A stretch of DNA of 64,000 bases from Azolla caroliniana. Taxonomy: Eukaryota > Plantae > Polypodiophyta. The number at the start of each line of letters is the position of its first letter. The stretch's first letter is position 1. The notes beneath the pieces were generated by a model. The model made no database searches, was not told the DNA's origin, and worked only from the letters and a program-made list of their open reading frames with translations. Below, one piece after another: positions 26,556-38,299 of the stretch. The stretch covers positions 6,882,001-6,946,000 of the forward strand of contig JBHGNT010000014.1 in NCBI GenBank assembly GCA_043228905.1, in the 5' to 3' direction. Position numbers and translations under genes: made by a program.

Positions 26556-27827
26556 AACTCTTCTTTGAATCGGTAGTGCAGTTTCTTTCTCTTTCTGGAC
26601 ATGCCAGCAATTCTTCTGGAAGTTCCCTGGCTTACCACAATAGAAGCAAGGATGCCTCCCCCTTGACTTCAACCTTGTCCCCGATTTGTGTACCGGTTCT
26701 GGGGACTCCGATACCGGCATGTTCCCTAGTTGTGGTCATCTTCGGTGGCCAAGGCCTTCGGATCGGTTCCGGACTCCCGGTCTTTCCGGTCTTTCCGGTG
26801 AGCTTCTTCATCTACCAAGGTTGATTTTACTCTTGCTAGGGACAATTGTTTTCCTTCCGGCCTGACATTGCCCAATGTGACAACTAACGTCTCCCAGCTA
26901 TCCGGGAGGGAACCGAGCAGGAGTAGTGCGAGAGGTACTTCCAACGAGGTGGCTTGGTGTATTAGCCCTTGGAAGGTGTTCATGTGCTCCACCATACTGG
27001 AGCCGTCTTGGTACCTGAGCCTCACTAGCTTCCGAAATACCGAAACTGATTAACTGCATTTTTGTTCTGGAACATGATGTCGATCTTCTCCCAGAGATCA
27101 TGAGCTTTGCTCTCTTCATTGAAGTTGTTGTACAGGCTCATGTCGATGAAATACCAGATGTATGTCGTCGTCTTCATGTGCATCACCACCGACACTATGA
27201 CATCGATCTTATCTAGTCTCTTGTCCCCGAACTGAACCAACAACCAAAGATTTTAACAACCAACATATCCCTCATCTTCAGCTTCCACACTGAGTAGTAG
27301 GATCCAGTGAGCTTGAACATGCCGCCGAATGATTCTTCCATTTCCTGTGTTTTTCGCTCTGATACCAGTTTGTGGAGAATAGCGCGGAATATTGCTCGGC
27401 TACAACCTAGTCTTGAATCACAAAAATGGGAAGTAGACAGTACACAGAATATTTACGTGGAAAACCCTACTAGGGAAAAACCACGGGAGCCCACAGACTC
27501 CAACTATCACTATATGAGAGGAAACACAAAGTGAAGAGACAGAGGCAACGACCTCGTGCTCGCACGACGGTTACAACAAAGAGTGCTCTTGGCTACTCAT
27601 TTGCTCTCTCTCTCTCTCTGTACAATAATTACAACTTACAAGAATAATCACTGTGTATCTTACTATATCTATGTGTTTTCCCTACGTCATATTTATACTT
27701 ATATGACCTTGGGACTATTTACAAATGTTGCCTCAGTGGGCTTACTCACCACCGGTTTCTGGATCTCATCCGGATCCGGTTTCCGAATCTCATCCGGATC
27801 CCATCTGAAGGGACCGAAATCCCAACA
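26556..27827 (-). mobile_element. copia A3: 5' LTR, PBS and gag only
   Basis: LTR 27371-27827, PBS GCTCTGATACCA at 27356-27367, gag MEESFGGMFKL through CFYCGKPGNFQKNC. Confidence 0.88.
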
Positions 27828-27899
27828 AATGTTCCGTAATGATCTAGAATATTCTATACTGTTGTATGCATACATCTCTTAATAATGACATGAATTATT

Positions 27900-28295
27900 A
27901 TCGTATAATCTAAATGACCTACTGGGTAAGGTGCTATAACATGAGTGCCAGGGTCTAAGGTCCGAGCTTTGGCATGACCAGTAATCATGACAGCGAGCAA
28001 CAATCGGCTATATTCTGAAACTCCAAGCGAAGACGGACTTCTAAGAGCATTGTCACTATGGGAAACATACTTGATGTGTGCACTCTCTCCACTACGAGAT
28101 GGTACGACAACCCTTAGAACCGATACACACCAAAATTTGTGGGCCGATGCTCGAGAGATATCTAAGCGGTTCCTAGTATTTCATCATCTTCTTTGAAAAT
28201 TTCACTTGGAAAGTTTGGCCTTACTCGATCAAGTCCAAAGATGAAGTGCTTGAAGTTTTTGCTCGGTAGCTAACTGAAGTCCAAAATTGATTGTA
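27900..28295 (+). pseudogene. very degenerate copia integrase fragment
   Basis: RQPLEPIHTKICGPM-like and KSKDEVLEVF-like remnants. Confidence 0.5.
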
Positions 28296-28382
28296 AAGAG
28301 CTAGATGTGGAAGTGAATGGACAAACACAACTGGCTCTATTGGACAACATCACACAATGAGTTAAACACAGAGAATGTAGGG

Positions 28383-30497
28383 AGATAGATAGATAGATAG
28401 ATAGATAGATTATATTATCGTCTTCCGAGGTCAAATATGACCTATGAGACCAAAAATATTATATTTCATGTGATACGTGTGAAAGTGAATAGTGAGTCTC
28501 GATGTTCAAGAACTCTACCAATGAATGTTGCAATCGAGAGTGCACATTGTGGTTGTGAGAGGAATTCATGCAAGGATTGGGCTCGGTCGAATATGATCAA
28601 AGGCAGAGCTTTGTATCAAAGTGTGATACTCAGACTTGCGAACGTTTTAGGGCAAAGTGTGCAAAGACGACCACTCTCATCACTTGTGCCCCAACGCCCA
28701 TCTCACATTGCAATGCATGTGAGCTAAGTCGCATGGAAGCAATGGTTTGAATGGCAGATAATGGTATGGGCTCTAACATGTATCGGTGTGTACGATTTCC
28801 CCATTTCGCAAAGAATATGGTTTTGTAGTTAGGTGCAACATGTGTAGTATAATGCGTGAAGCGTGAGCCTCTACATTTGTCCCATGTCATGATACATTGG
28901 CGTTGAAAAAAGGCCTCATTTACAGAGGAATCTAATGATGTATCATGAAGAAAGTGTCTCGCATCCCATCTACCAAACCATTTTTCTATATCTTGCATCC
29001 AACCAAAACACAAAATTTCTCTTTTATGCGTCTTTTGGATCTTTTTTCTTGCTTCTCATACAATTCTAGGAAGTCGATGTGAGGGGCTTTTTTGAACATT
29101 AAGCATGTATTCAAGAACCGTTTCCATTGCCATGATCTCAATGGGAAGCGATCCCGTCTCAAGGAGGAGTAGGGTGTAGGGCGTTTGTTTCTTAACTTGT
29201 AGAAACTTTGTAAGAAAATGTTTTTGGACATTTTCAAACTCTTTCCACATAGATTTAGGGATTCTACCGCCCCATACTTCCACCCCATAGAGAAGAATCG
29301 GTGTAACCAAAGTGTCGAAAAGATATTTCTTGAGGACCCAACACTTAATATCTCCAAGATTGCATGTGTTCTCAAATGCATAGTATGCTTGCTTACCCGC
29401 CTCTAAGCGGTGTGTAGCACATTCATTACATCTATGATTTGAAGGAACTTCAAGGCCAAGATATTTGAAGCTTTCCACACATTCAAGTGGCTCATTGTTA
29501 TACATAATGCATGGTTTATCTCTTTCTTGGCTCTTCACAAGCATAATCTTTGTTTTAGAGCTATTGACACTTAATTTAATATGCATGCAAAAAAATTCCA
29601 ATGCCTTCATAAGCTTTTGTGCATCTCCTAAATTATTTGCAAAAATCACTAGATCATCTGCATATAGCAAAAGCATAATCACAACATTCCCAATAACAAC
29701 TTCTTCAACACATTCTTCCTTTGCAAACTTGGTAGCCATGTCTTCCAATTCATCAATGCCTAGACAAAATAGTGTTGGTGAGAGTGGGCATCCTTGCTTA
29801 ACACCAATAGTACTTTTGAAAAAAACTGAAAGTTTATCTCTCATGCGGACACAACATATAACCTTCTCATAAATTCGGGAAATTGCAAGCATATATTCAC
29901 TTGGCACCTCAAGTTCTTCCATTCGCCTCTAAAGATGCTCACGAGGTACCATATCGAAAGCTTTCTTGAAGTCTACAAAGAAACAATATAAACCTTTACC
30001 CCTAAGGAGACTTTCTTCCATTAATACTCAAAGGGTGACAAGGTGATCAATGGTGCTATGGTGTTTTCGAAAGCCAGCTTGTCCAAAAGCCCCCTTACCA
30101 TTTTCTTCAGCCCATACACTTATCTTTGATTCCATTATACATCCAAACAGTTTTGCCATTAATGAGCCAACCATGATGGTTAGATAGTTGTTTACATTAT
30201 TTACATCTCCACTTTTATGTAAAGGTTTGATCCAATTTGTAGTCCAATCGTACGACATACCATGTTGCAATGCATCATTCAACATATCATTTATCCATAC
30301 ATGTGCTTCATTTCCCGTCCATTTGAGCATTTCAACCTTTATACATTGAAGATCGCTTGCTTTTCGAGAGGCCGATTTCTTAAGTCCTATGCATATATCT
30401 TCAATTGTAAAGAAGGGAGACATATGTGAAAGAGAACCATAACACATCATCTTTCCGACAAGAGATAACTCATATAAATTCTTACAATGAATAGACA
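28383..30497 (-). mobile_element. 5'-truncated non-LTR retrotransposon (LINE) RT pseudogene with (ATCT)n tail
   Basis: QAGFRKHHSTIDH, GVKQGCPLSPTLF, LLYADD, FKYLG. (GATA)n at 28383-28410 lies at the element's 3' end. Confidence 0.9.
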
Positions 30498-30575
30498 AAG
30501 AGTTTCAAACGAGAGTTGAGAGGGAGACCGGCCGAAAGCTAAAAGCAATTCGAGCAGACAATGGCGTTCAGATAT

Positions 30576-32267
30576 TGTTAGGAAATAGGTCCCTCCGGAT
30601 GGGAAGTGAGAAGAACCGTGTTGATGAGCCTGCTTCAGTCTGGTTGATGAAGAGCCTATACAGACTGAAGCAGGCTCCCCAACAATGGTACCGGAAGTTC
30701 GACTCCTTCATGACCGACCAAGGATATCACAAAACGCAAACCGATCATTGCGTGTTTGCGAAGAAGTTCGAAGGAGGTGACTTCCTGATACTCCTATACG
30801 TGGACGACATGTTGATTGTCAGACAGGACCAAGCCAAAATACGGATGTTGAAGAAGGCTCTCAACCAAACTTTCTCAATGAAAGACTTAGGCTCGGCAAG
30901 ACAGATACTGGGGATGCACATCATCCAGGACCGGTCAAAGAAGTAATTGTGGTTGTCACAGGAGAAATACATGACAAAGGTGCTTCAGTGGTTCAACATT
31001 TTAGAAGCAAAACTGGTTGGATCGACACTCCCGGAAAACTACAGATTATCCGGTAAGCAAAGCCCGAAGACGAAAGCAGAGAAGGCGGATATGATGAGGG
31101 TTCCATATGCCTCTGCCGTCGGGAGTTTAATGTATGCAATGGTGTGTACTCGACTGGATATTGGATACGCAGTCGGAGTGGTGAGCCAGTTTATGAGCAA
31201 TCACGGCAAGGAGCACTGGAACGTGGTCAAATGGACACTCTGGTACTTGAAGGGCACTTCGAATATGTGTCTCCGATTCGGCTCCGGTAAACCTCAACTT
31301 GACAGTTTTACCGATTCGGATATGTCAGCTAATGTGGATACCAGCCGGTCTACATCCGGGTATGTAATGACATATGTAGGGGGAGCTGTTTCGTGGCAGT
31401 TGAGGCTGTAGAAGAGGGTTGCATTGTCAACCACGAAGGCGGAGTACATGGTGGCTGTTGAAGCCGGCAAGGAAATATTATGGATGAAGGACCTCATCGG
31501 AGAGCTCGGTATCCGGCAAGATGAATACCGACTCTATTGCGACAGTCAAAGTGCCATCCACCTTGGTAAGAACGGAGCGTACCATTATAGGACGAAGCAC
31601 ATCCAGTGTAGGTATCACTGGATCCGGGAGCGAGTAAAAGATCGAGAGTTCGCGCTGACGAAGATCCACACGACCGAGAACGGGTTAGATATGCTAACCA
31701 AAATACTGATACCCGACAAGTTGGATGCATGTCGGAAGCGAATCGGACTAGTAAGACATCCCATGCCGGAGTGAAGGGGGAGTTTGTTAAGAAACAGGTC
31801 CCTCCGGATGGGAAGTGAGAAGAACCGTGTTGACGAAACCGGAAATCGTGGAGATAGCCAACACGGAAGGTTAAACTTATAAATAGTTAAAAGGTTACAT
31901 TACTATATAAGTACTTAGGGCAATCATGTTAAAAGTGTGCATTATTGTAAAGTTACTGTCGACGAGGTTGTTGCCTCTGTAACTGTGAGAGTGAACGAGT
32001 GTGAGTGGAAGCGTGTGAGGTCCATAGCCTCCTGTTGGCAAAGCAGGATCCCGAGGTCGTTGCCTCTGAGATCTCTGATTGTATTCCTTTTCTCTCATAG
32101 TGTTCTGTTTCGGAGTTTGTGGACTCCACGTGGTTTTTCCTAGTTCGGGTTTCCACGTTAAAATCTGTGTCATTCTCAATTTCTGTATTCTGTTTTTCCC
32201 TTCCATTAGATTGACTATTATTCCGCACACATACAATTGGTTGTGGCTGGCAACGATTTTAACTTTA
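30576..32267 (+). mobile_element. copia A4 deletion derivative, TSD GATAT/GATAC
   Basis: About 50 bp of 5' LTR, then RT C-terminus and RH, PPT, and 3' LTR 31785-32267. Removing it restores host gypsy VQIRLGND*KT. Confidence 0.8.
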
Positions 32268-32272
32268 GATAC

Positions 32273-32812
32273 GTCTTGGCAATGATTGAAAGACTCTACA
32301 CTCAGTATGGACACTTCAAATACATGATTATGCCTTTCGCTCATGAATGTGTTGGCAATTATTCAACACATGGTAAATGATATTGAATACTCAAGAGGAT
32401 CATGACATACATGCATCAAGTCCTCTAACCGTTGTGGGAATATGGGCTCTATGCCAAACTAAAGAAATGTAGCTTTGATGGTAACCATGTCGAAAATTTG
32501 GGGTACGTGATTTGACAAAAAGGTCTATCTATGGATCCATCCAAGAGTTAGACAATTATGAATGGATAAACATCTCACTCAGTGTGTGATTTTAGTGGTT
32601 CTTGGAATTTGCAAATTTTTACCACAAATTTATCAAAAATTATTTGAACATCATGATGCCTCTCACGACGCTTACATGGAAGAATGAGTCATTCACATAG
32701 TCCTAGTGTAGCTGAGACTTTTGATAACCTAAAGAAAGCATTTACTTATGCTCCTATTCTAGTTCATGCTAACCTAGAAAAGCCCTTTATTATCAAGGCA
32801 GATGCACTTGAT
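32273..32812 (+). pseudogene. degenerate Ty3/gypsy RT-RNase H (family D, chromovirus-like)
   Basis: QYGHFKYMIMPF, AKLKKCSF, FANFYHKFIKN, LKKAFTYAPILVH. Confidence 0.8.
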
Positions 32813-32959
32813 TTTTTTTCCCTCAAAAAACATATCATTTCATTAGTTTTAAAAACCATATCCGCTGCAAAATACAAAATAGATGGAAAGGAAGTGACTA
32901 TCCTTCCTCAGACCGTCTTGTGTAAGACATGATTTCAGCATGTATGAGCATGTCTTTAT

Positions 32960-33375
32960 GTAAAGCCCTGTGATCGGCACCCACCTTGAGGGATCGCAAC
33001 CCATCGAACAGTTTATATGCATCTAATAAACTTCCACATGTTGCATATATATAAACTAGAGTGCTTCCAATGAGCATATGCAAGTTGATACCTAGATAAG
33101 CGATGGCAATATGGATTTCTTTTCCTTCTTTTAAATCAAATGTGTTCGAACATAAAAAGCACACCTTGAATACAAGATTTGAAGAACAATGACTCCATCC
33201 ATCTCATAAGAAGAAATGGAATTATGTTTTTAGCCTATCTTGAAATTAGTGTAGTTCAAGAGACTATATTCTGTAATGGAAGTCTTTTGAAGCCACTTCA
33301 TTTAGTTGTATCCCATGCTTTCTCATCTCTTTAAGTAGTTGAATTGCCTTATTAGCATAGCCTAGAATCATGAAA
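32960..33375 (-). pseudogene. PPR (PLS-type) gene fragments
   Basis: LKEGKEIH...IGSTLVYIYATCGSLLDAYKLFDGL and MILGYA..AIQLLKEMRKHGIQLNEV resemble PPR motifs. Confidence 0.7.
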
Positions 33376-33379
33376 ATGA

Positions 33380-33780
33380 CTACCAGACTACTCGTATTGA
33401 CCACTAGCGATCCTTCCTCTGGGTTTGAGGAAAATACTGGTGTTGGCTCTGGATTTTGTGTTGAGAAAGCCGATTTTAACCATTCCGTAAATCTGGGAAC
33501 CAATTGCAAAAGCCAGCCCAATGGCAATAGAATCTGGCATTGTTGCAAACCCTGCCAGGTCGGGTCTGGAAACTTGGTCTGCTCTTTTAATTCGGTTGCC
33601 TTCTATTCATTGGCCTTTTGTATCCACTCTATAGCCTACTTCCGGGTTGCCCCTTGGGCGTCCCACTCTGCAGCTTTCCCTTTTGATCGGGTGGTGACTT
33701 GTTGTCCATCCATGACTTCTACAGTCACAATGTTCATTGTCGGTTGTTTCTCATTAGACTTGGCTGGGCACCAACTACTA
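33380..33780 (-). pseudogene. probable gypsy gag-pol linker fragment
   Basis: VTTRSKGKAAEWDAQ and LPLGWLLQLVPRF-like segments; weak recognition. Confidence 0.4.
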
Positions 33781-33811
33781 TAATGGCCTTCCTTCTAACA
33801 ATAGTAACAGT

Positions 33812-35220
33812 AATACATAATGTAACGGTAAATAATGACCGTTACAAAAGAGACGACTGTTACACTCTTGTCACATGCACATAATTGTGCATGTGCTCAC
33901 ACATACTCATCCTCACACACTCATTTACTTTACACATACACATCAACCACATCATTACACATACCTTTATGTCTCCCTGTATATTCTTACGGGTAACACA
34001 TGGCACGTCTGTGGGACAGTGCATTGCACAGTGAACCCACTGGCCATGGCAACTCTTCTCGACCGGAACTCCATCGGTCTTCTCAATAGTCGAAAATCCC
34101 TCGACCGGATCACTGCTCTATGATCGATAACTTCGACTGGAGGTTTGCTTGACTCAAACCTTCTCGTTTGGTCAGCACAAGTTGCGATTCGATCATACAC
34201 CAATCGGCTAGTTCAATGTGGCATGGGTCATGAAATCATGTTGTGCATTTGTGTATTCTTTCTTTCATCATGTGAAGTGAGTTTTATATTTTTTACCCTT
34301 TGGTCTTTAGAATTTTTCCCTCAAGTTTTTATTTTTAATTTTTAAATAATTTATTTTATGCCCTTGAATTTTCGAAAACTTCCCTTCTACCCTCCAGTTT
34401 TTGAAATTTGGTCTCATGCCCTCGAGCTTTTAAAATTCCATCATCTGCCCTCGAACTTCTAAAATTCGGTTTTGATGCCCTCCAATTTTTGAAATTTTGT
34501 GATCTACCCTCGTGCTTTTTGAATGCCTCTCTCTTCTTGCTTCCATTCATATTCTCGTCTTTCACTTCTAGCGGATTGCGGTGGCAGCAACGACGATTGT
34601 GGCGCTGATGTCAAGGACCATTTTGCTGAAGATGTTGTAATCGTCCTTGCCATTGATGCTAGGAGTAGAGCTCTCGAGAATGGATGCACTTATTGCTGGA
34701 GCTGGCTGTAGTGGTGACGATGGAGTTGTTGATGATGGCTCTGCTAATATCCGTTCATGAGCATAATGTGTTCTTCTTTCTGGATTAAGGTGTAGATGCC
34801 TTATATGATTCAGTGTGAGGGCTTGGTTGTTGATGATGATGAACACCAACACTATTAGGATAGCCATGGAACGACACAAAACAGGTGGCCATATATGTGT
34901 GAACTTCCTTCATTGCCACCATTAAACCTCCATTCAGACTAGATCCATTTAGGTTACATATAAAGAGAGAGCTAGAAAGAATGACAAATAGGAAATGACA
35001 CAAATGTGAGAGGGGAAAATGTATATCCATTAGATGCCCCATAAGGGGTTTATACAATATATAATGTAATGGTAAATAATGACTGTTACAAAAGAGGCGA
35101 CCGTTACACTCTTGTCACATGCACATAATTGTGCATGTGCTCACACATACTCATCCTCACACACTCATTTACTTTACACATACACATCAACCACATCATT
35201 ACCCCGTATATTCTTACGGT
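33812..35220. repeat. pair of ~170-190-bp direct repeats (33812-33998, 35056-35220), LTR-end-like, related to E LTR
   Basis: Near-identical copies, the second lacking about 17 bp. The first ends GGTAACA and is followed by CATGGCACG, as in element E. Confidence 0.75.
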
Positions 35221-35343
35221 TTTTCCGGATCAACATGAACTAGAATAGGAGTTGATGTAAATGCTTTTGTAAAGAATCGGGTATGATTCTTGTGTAGCGG
35301 AATAGGTGAGAGATGTGCGTTATGTGTGTGTGTGTGTGAGAGC

Positions 35344-35375
<32 letters not shown>

Positions 35376-38249
35376 ACAATAGATAGATTTTTTGTGAGAC
35401 AATAGAATACTCAAGAAGATGTATATTACAAAGGAGATTAATCGACATAATTACAAAGTAGGAGGAGAGTGCTTTATATAGTCACTCTCTCTCTTCATTA
35501 ACTACCGAAGCTCATGGGTCATGGGGAATGTGAAAACTCATTAGTTATGTGTCATAGAATATGATTCTATGACACATAGTTAATGTGTAGATAAGAGTGG
35601 TGACTTTTGACCTTTGAGTGCACACTCTCAAGGGTGTGACTTTTGACCTTCGTGTGCACACTCTCAAGGGTGTGTTCACACACTAGACTAGGTTGAGCTT
35701 GATTCTCAACACGCCCCCTCAAGCTCAATTTTGGTTGGCTACTTCGGTTGATGTCCGCGTCGGCTCGTATCCAGTTCGGACGGTATCCGGTACATCTGGC
35801 TCATATTTGGTTCGGACGGTATCTGGTTTTCGCTTGTACTCCCCTTCAAGCTTGGCAAGTCAAGGAACCTCAACCCAAGGTTTGACAGGAATTGCCGAAG
35901 CTTGTCGGCTCCTAGGGCTTTGGTGAAGATGTCGGTTGTTTGAAGATTTGTAGACATATGTTGAAGGTCGACATCGCCAGCCTGAACATGCTCTCGAATG
36001 AAGTGATAGTGCACTTCGATATGCTTCGTGCGTGCGTGGAACACCGGGTTCCGAGCCAGATAAATACTGCTCATGTTGTGCAGTAAAGGAGAATCGGATC
36101 TTTGATGGGAATGCCCAGATCCTTTAATATCGTCTTGCGGCATACGACTTTACATGCAGCCACCGCCGCACCCTTGTATTGGGCCTCTGTGCTCGAAAGA
36201 GCGACAGTTGGTTGCTTCTTGCTACTCCAAGAGATGGCTCCACTTCTGAGGGAGAAGACAAAACCAGAGGTTGATCGTCGGTCGGCTTTGTAGCCTACCC
36301 AGTCGGCATCTGTGTACCCCTCGAGTTGAATTGGCATGGCCGACTTATAGAGAATGCCATAGTCCATCGTTCCGCTCACGTATCATAGCATTCTCTTAGC
36401 ACAATCCAAATGGATATCTCGTGGCGTTTGCATGAACTGGCTAAGAAGGCCGACCGGATAGCTCAGGTCTGGTCGAGTGATTGTGAAGTAGACAAGACTA
36501 CGGATCAGTTGTCGATACTGAGTCGGCTCACACTCTATGGTGCCAAAATTGGCATCTAGTTTGAGGTTTCAGTCGAGCGGTGTTGCCACAGACTTGCACT
36601 CAGTCATCCCGAACTTGTATAACAAGTTGAGAATGTAGTGCCGTTGGGAGATCATAATTTCGGCTGGAGTCCGAATTACCTCAATGCCAAGGAAGTAGTG
36701 GGGCTCTTTCATTTCCGTCATCTCGAATTTGTTGGAAAGGAGGGATTTGACCTTGTTGATGTCGACTAGATGCTCACCTCCAATGACCAGATCATCCACG
36801 TATAGGATGATGACGATCGGACTTTCGGAATCGCTTCTTACATAGAGAGAATTGTCGGATTTTAACTTTCGGAAGCCGATTCGATGAAGATTTTGTGTTA
36901 TCTTTGAGTGTCAAGCACGTGGTGCTTGCTTAAGGCCGTAGAGAGGCTTCTTGAGTCGGCAGATGGCTTTCGGATGAATGTTGGATTCGAAGCCAGGTGG
37001 TTGTACCATGTACACTCTTCTAATTCTCCTTGAAGAAAACCGTTCTTGACATCCATCTGGTGGAGGTGCCACCCTTTCGCTGCTGCAAGCGCTATCACGG
37101 TTCGCACGGTTGTCATCTTTGCCACCGGGGCAAAGGTCTCTTCATAGTCGACGCCCTATGTTTGTGTGTAGCCCTTTGCTACGAGTCGAGCTTTGTAGCG
37201 GTTGACGGAACCGTTGGCATTATACTTCACTTTGTATATCCATCTGCAGCCAATTGCCTTCTTGTGCGGTGAGTGAGGGACGAGATCCCATGTCTAATTC
37301 TTGTTGAGACTTGCATCTCCTCGTTCATTGCTTCGACCAATCGAGGATCTTTAGCGGCTTCGGCAAAGCTCTCCGGTTCTCGAATTGTTGCCACCTTCAT
37401 CATAAAGGCATAATGGTATGCCATATAATCGTTGTAGCCGAATCGGCTAACTAGATTCTTCTCTTGGGTGGAGTGACAGAGTTTCTCATTTGCCGATGTG
37501 AGTGCTTTCTCAACTCCGGGTGACCTCATAAGAGGCACATCAAAGCCATCAAACTCACTATCGAGTGAATGAGCCGATTCGTTGCCATCGAAGTGATTAT
37601 CTTCATATTCCGGCATTTTGGCCTTCCCTTTGTCCATCTTTGGACTTGGCCGAGATGAGCTTTGGTTGCTCGGAGGCTCTTGTGGTCTGCTCAATCCAGT
37701 TGAGATTGGACTCTCTTCGAGTATTGACCTTAGTTGATCATCATCTTCTGTGTTGTCGAGGTCGTTCGTAGATGGTTCGGGAGGAGTTGGCTCGGGTTTG
37801 TACCATGATTTTGATTCGTCAAAGATTGTTATTCGCTTAGCCGGACAAGGCCTAACACAAGGTGTCACGGAGACACTTCACCAAAGGGGTGATTACGGCA
37901 TAGGATTAAGATTCAACGATTACACCGACTTACGTAGGTTACACGATTAGATTGCTTTGGTTAATTACACGCGTAAGATATAACAGTGATTACAGAACGG
38001 AAATCAAGACAGAAGTATAAACATCATAAGCTCTATTAATTATCCGCTGCGATTACAATGGGGTCCGGGCCTTTAAATAGGTTTCCGGCCCGTAGTACAA
38101 AACGGTGCCTATCGCACCTATTCGGGATCCGTCCGGATCTGGAACGGCATACCGTTTCCAGTCCATCCGTCCACACTATGCTCATTTACAACCATATTTA
38201 ATTAATTCCTTCACTCCGTATTTTGGACTCCTTGCCGGCCGGTAACACA

Positions 38250-38266
38250 TGGCACGCCCGTGGGAC
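38250..38266 (+). promoter_or_regulatory. tRNA-Arg PBS-like motif TGGCACGCCCGTGGGAC, antisense to E coding strand
   Basis: 2 nt from the LTR end. Matches the complement of a plant tRNA-Arg(UCU) 3' end as I recall it, with a 1-nt gap. Confidence 0.7.
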
Positions 38267-38299
38267 AATACCTTGTACGTCGAACCCTGCTCGGCCCCT

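Noticed and set aside
34570-35050. Possible host exon
   Set aside because: Short ORFs with no motif I can recognise; left unassigned.
38248-38295. Genuine tRNA gene
   Set aside because: Only the 3' end and a T-loop-like piece match; no D-arm or anticodon arm is seen.
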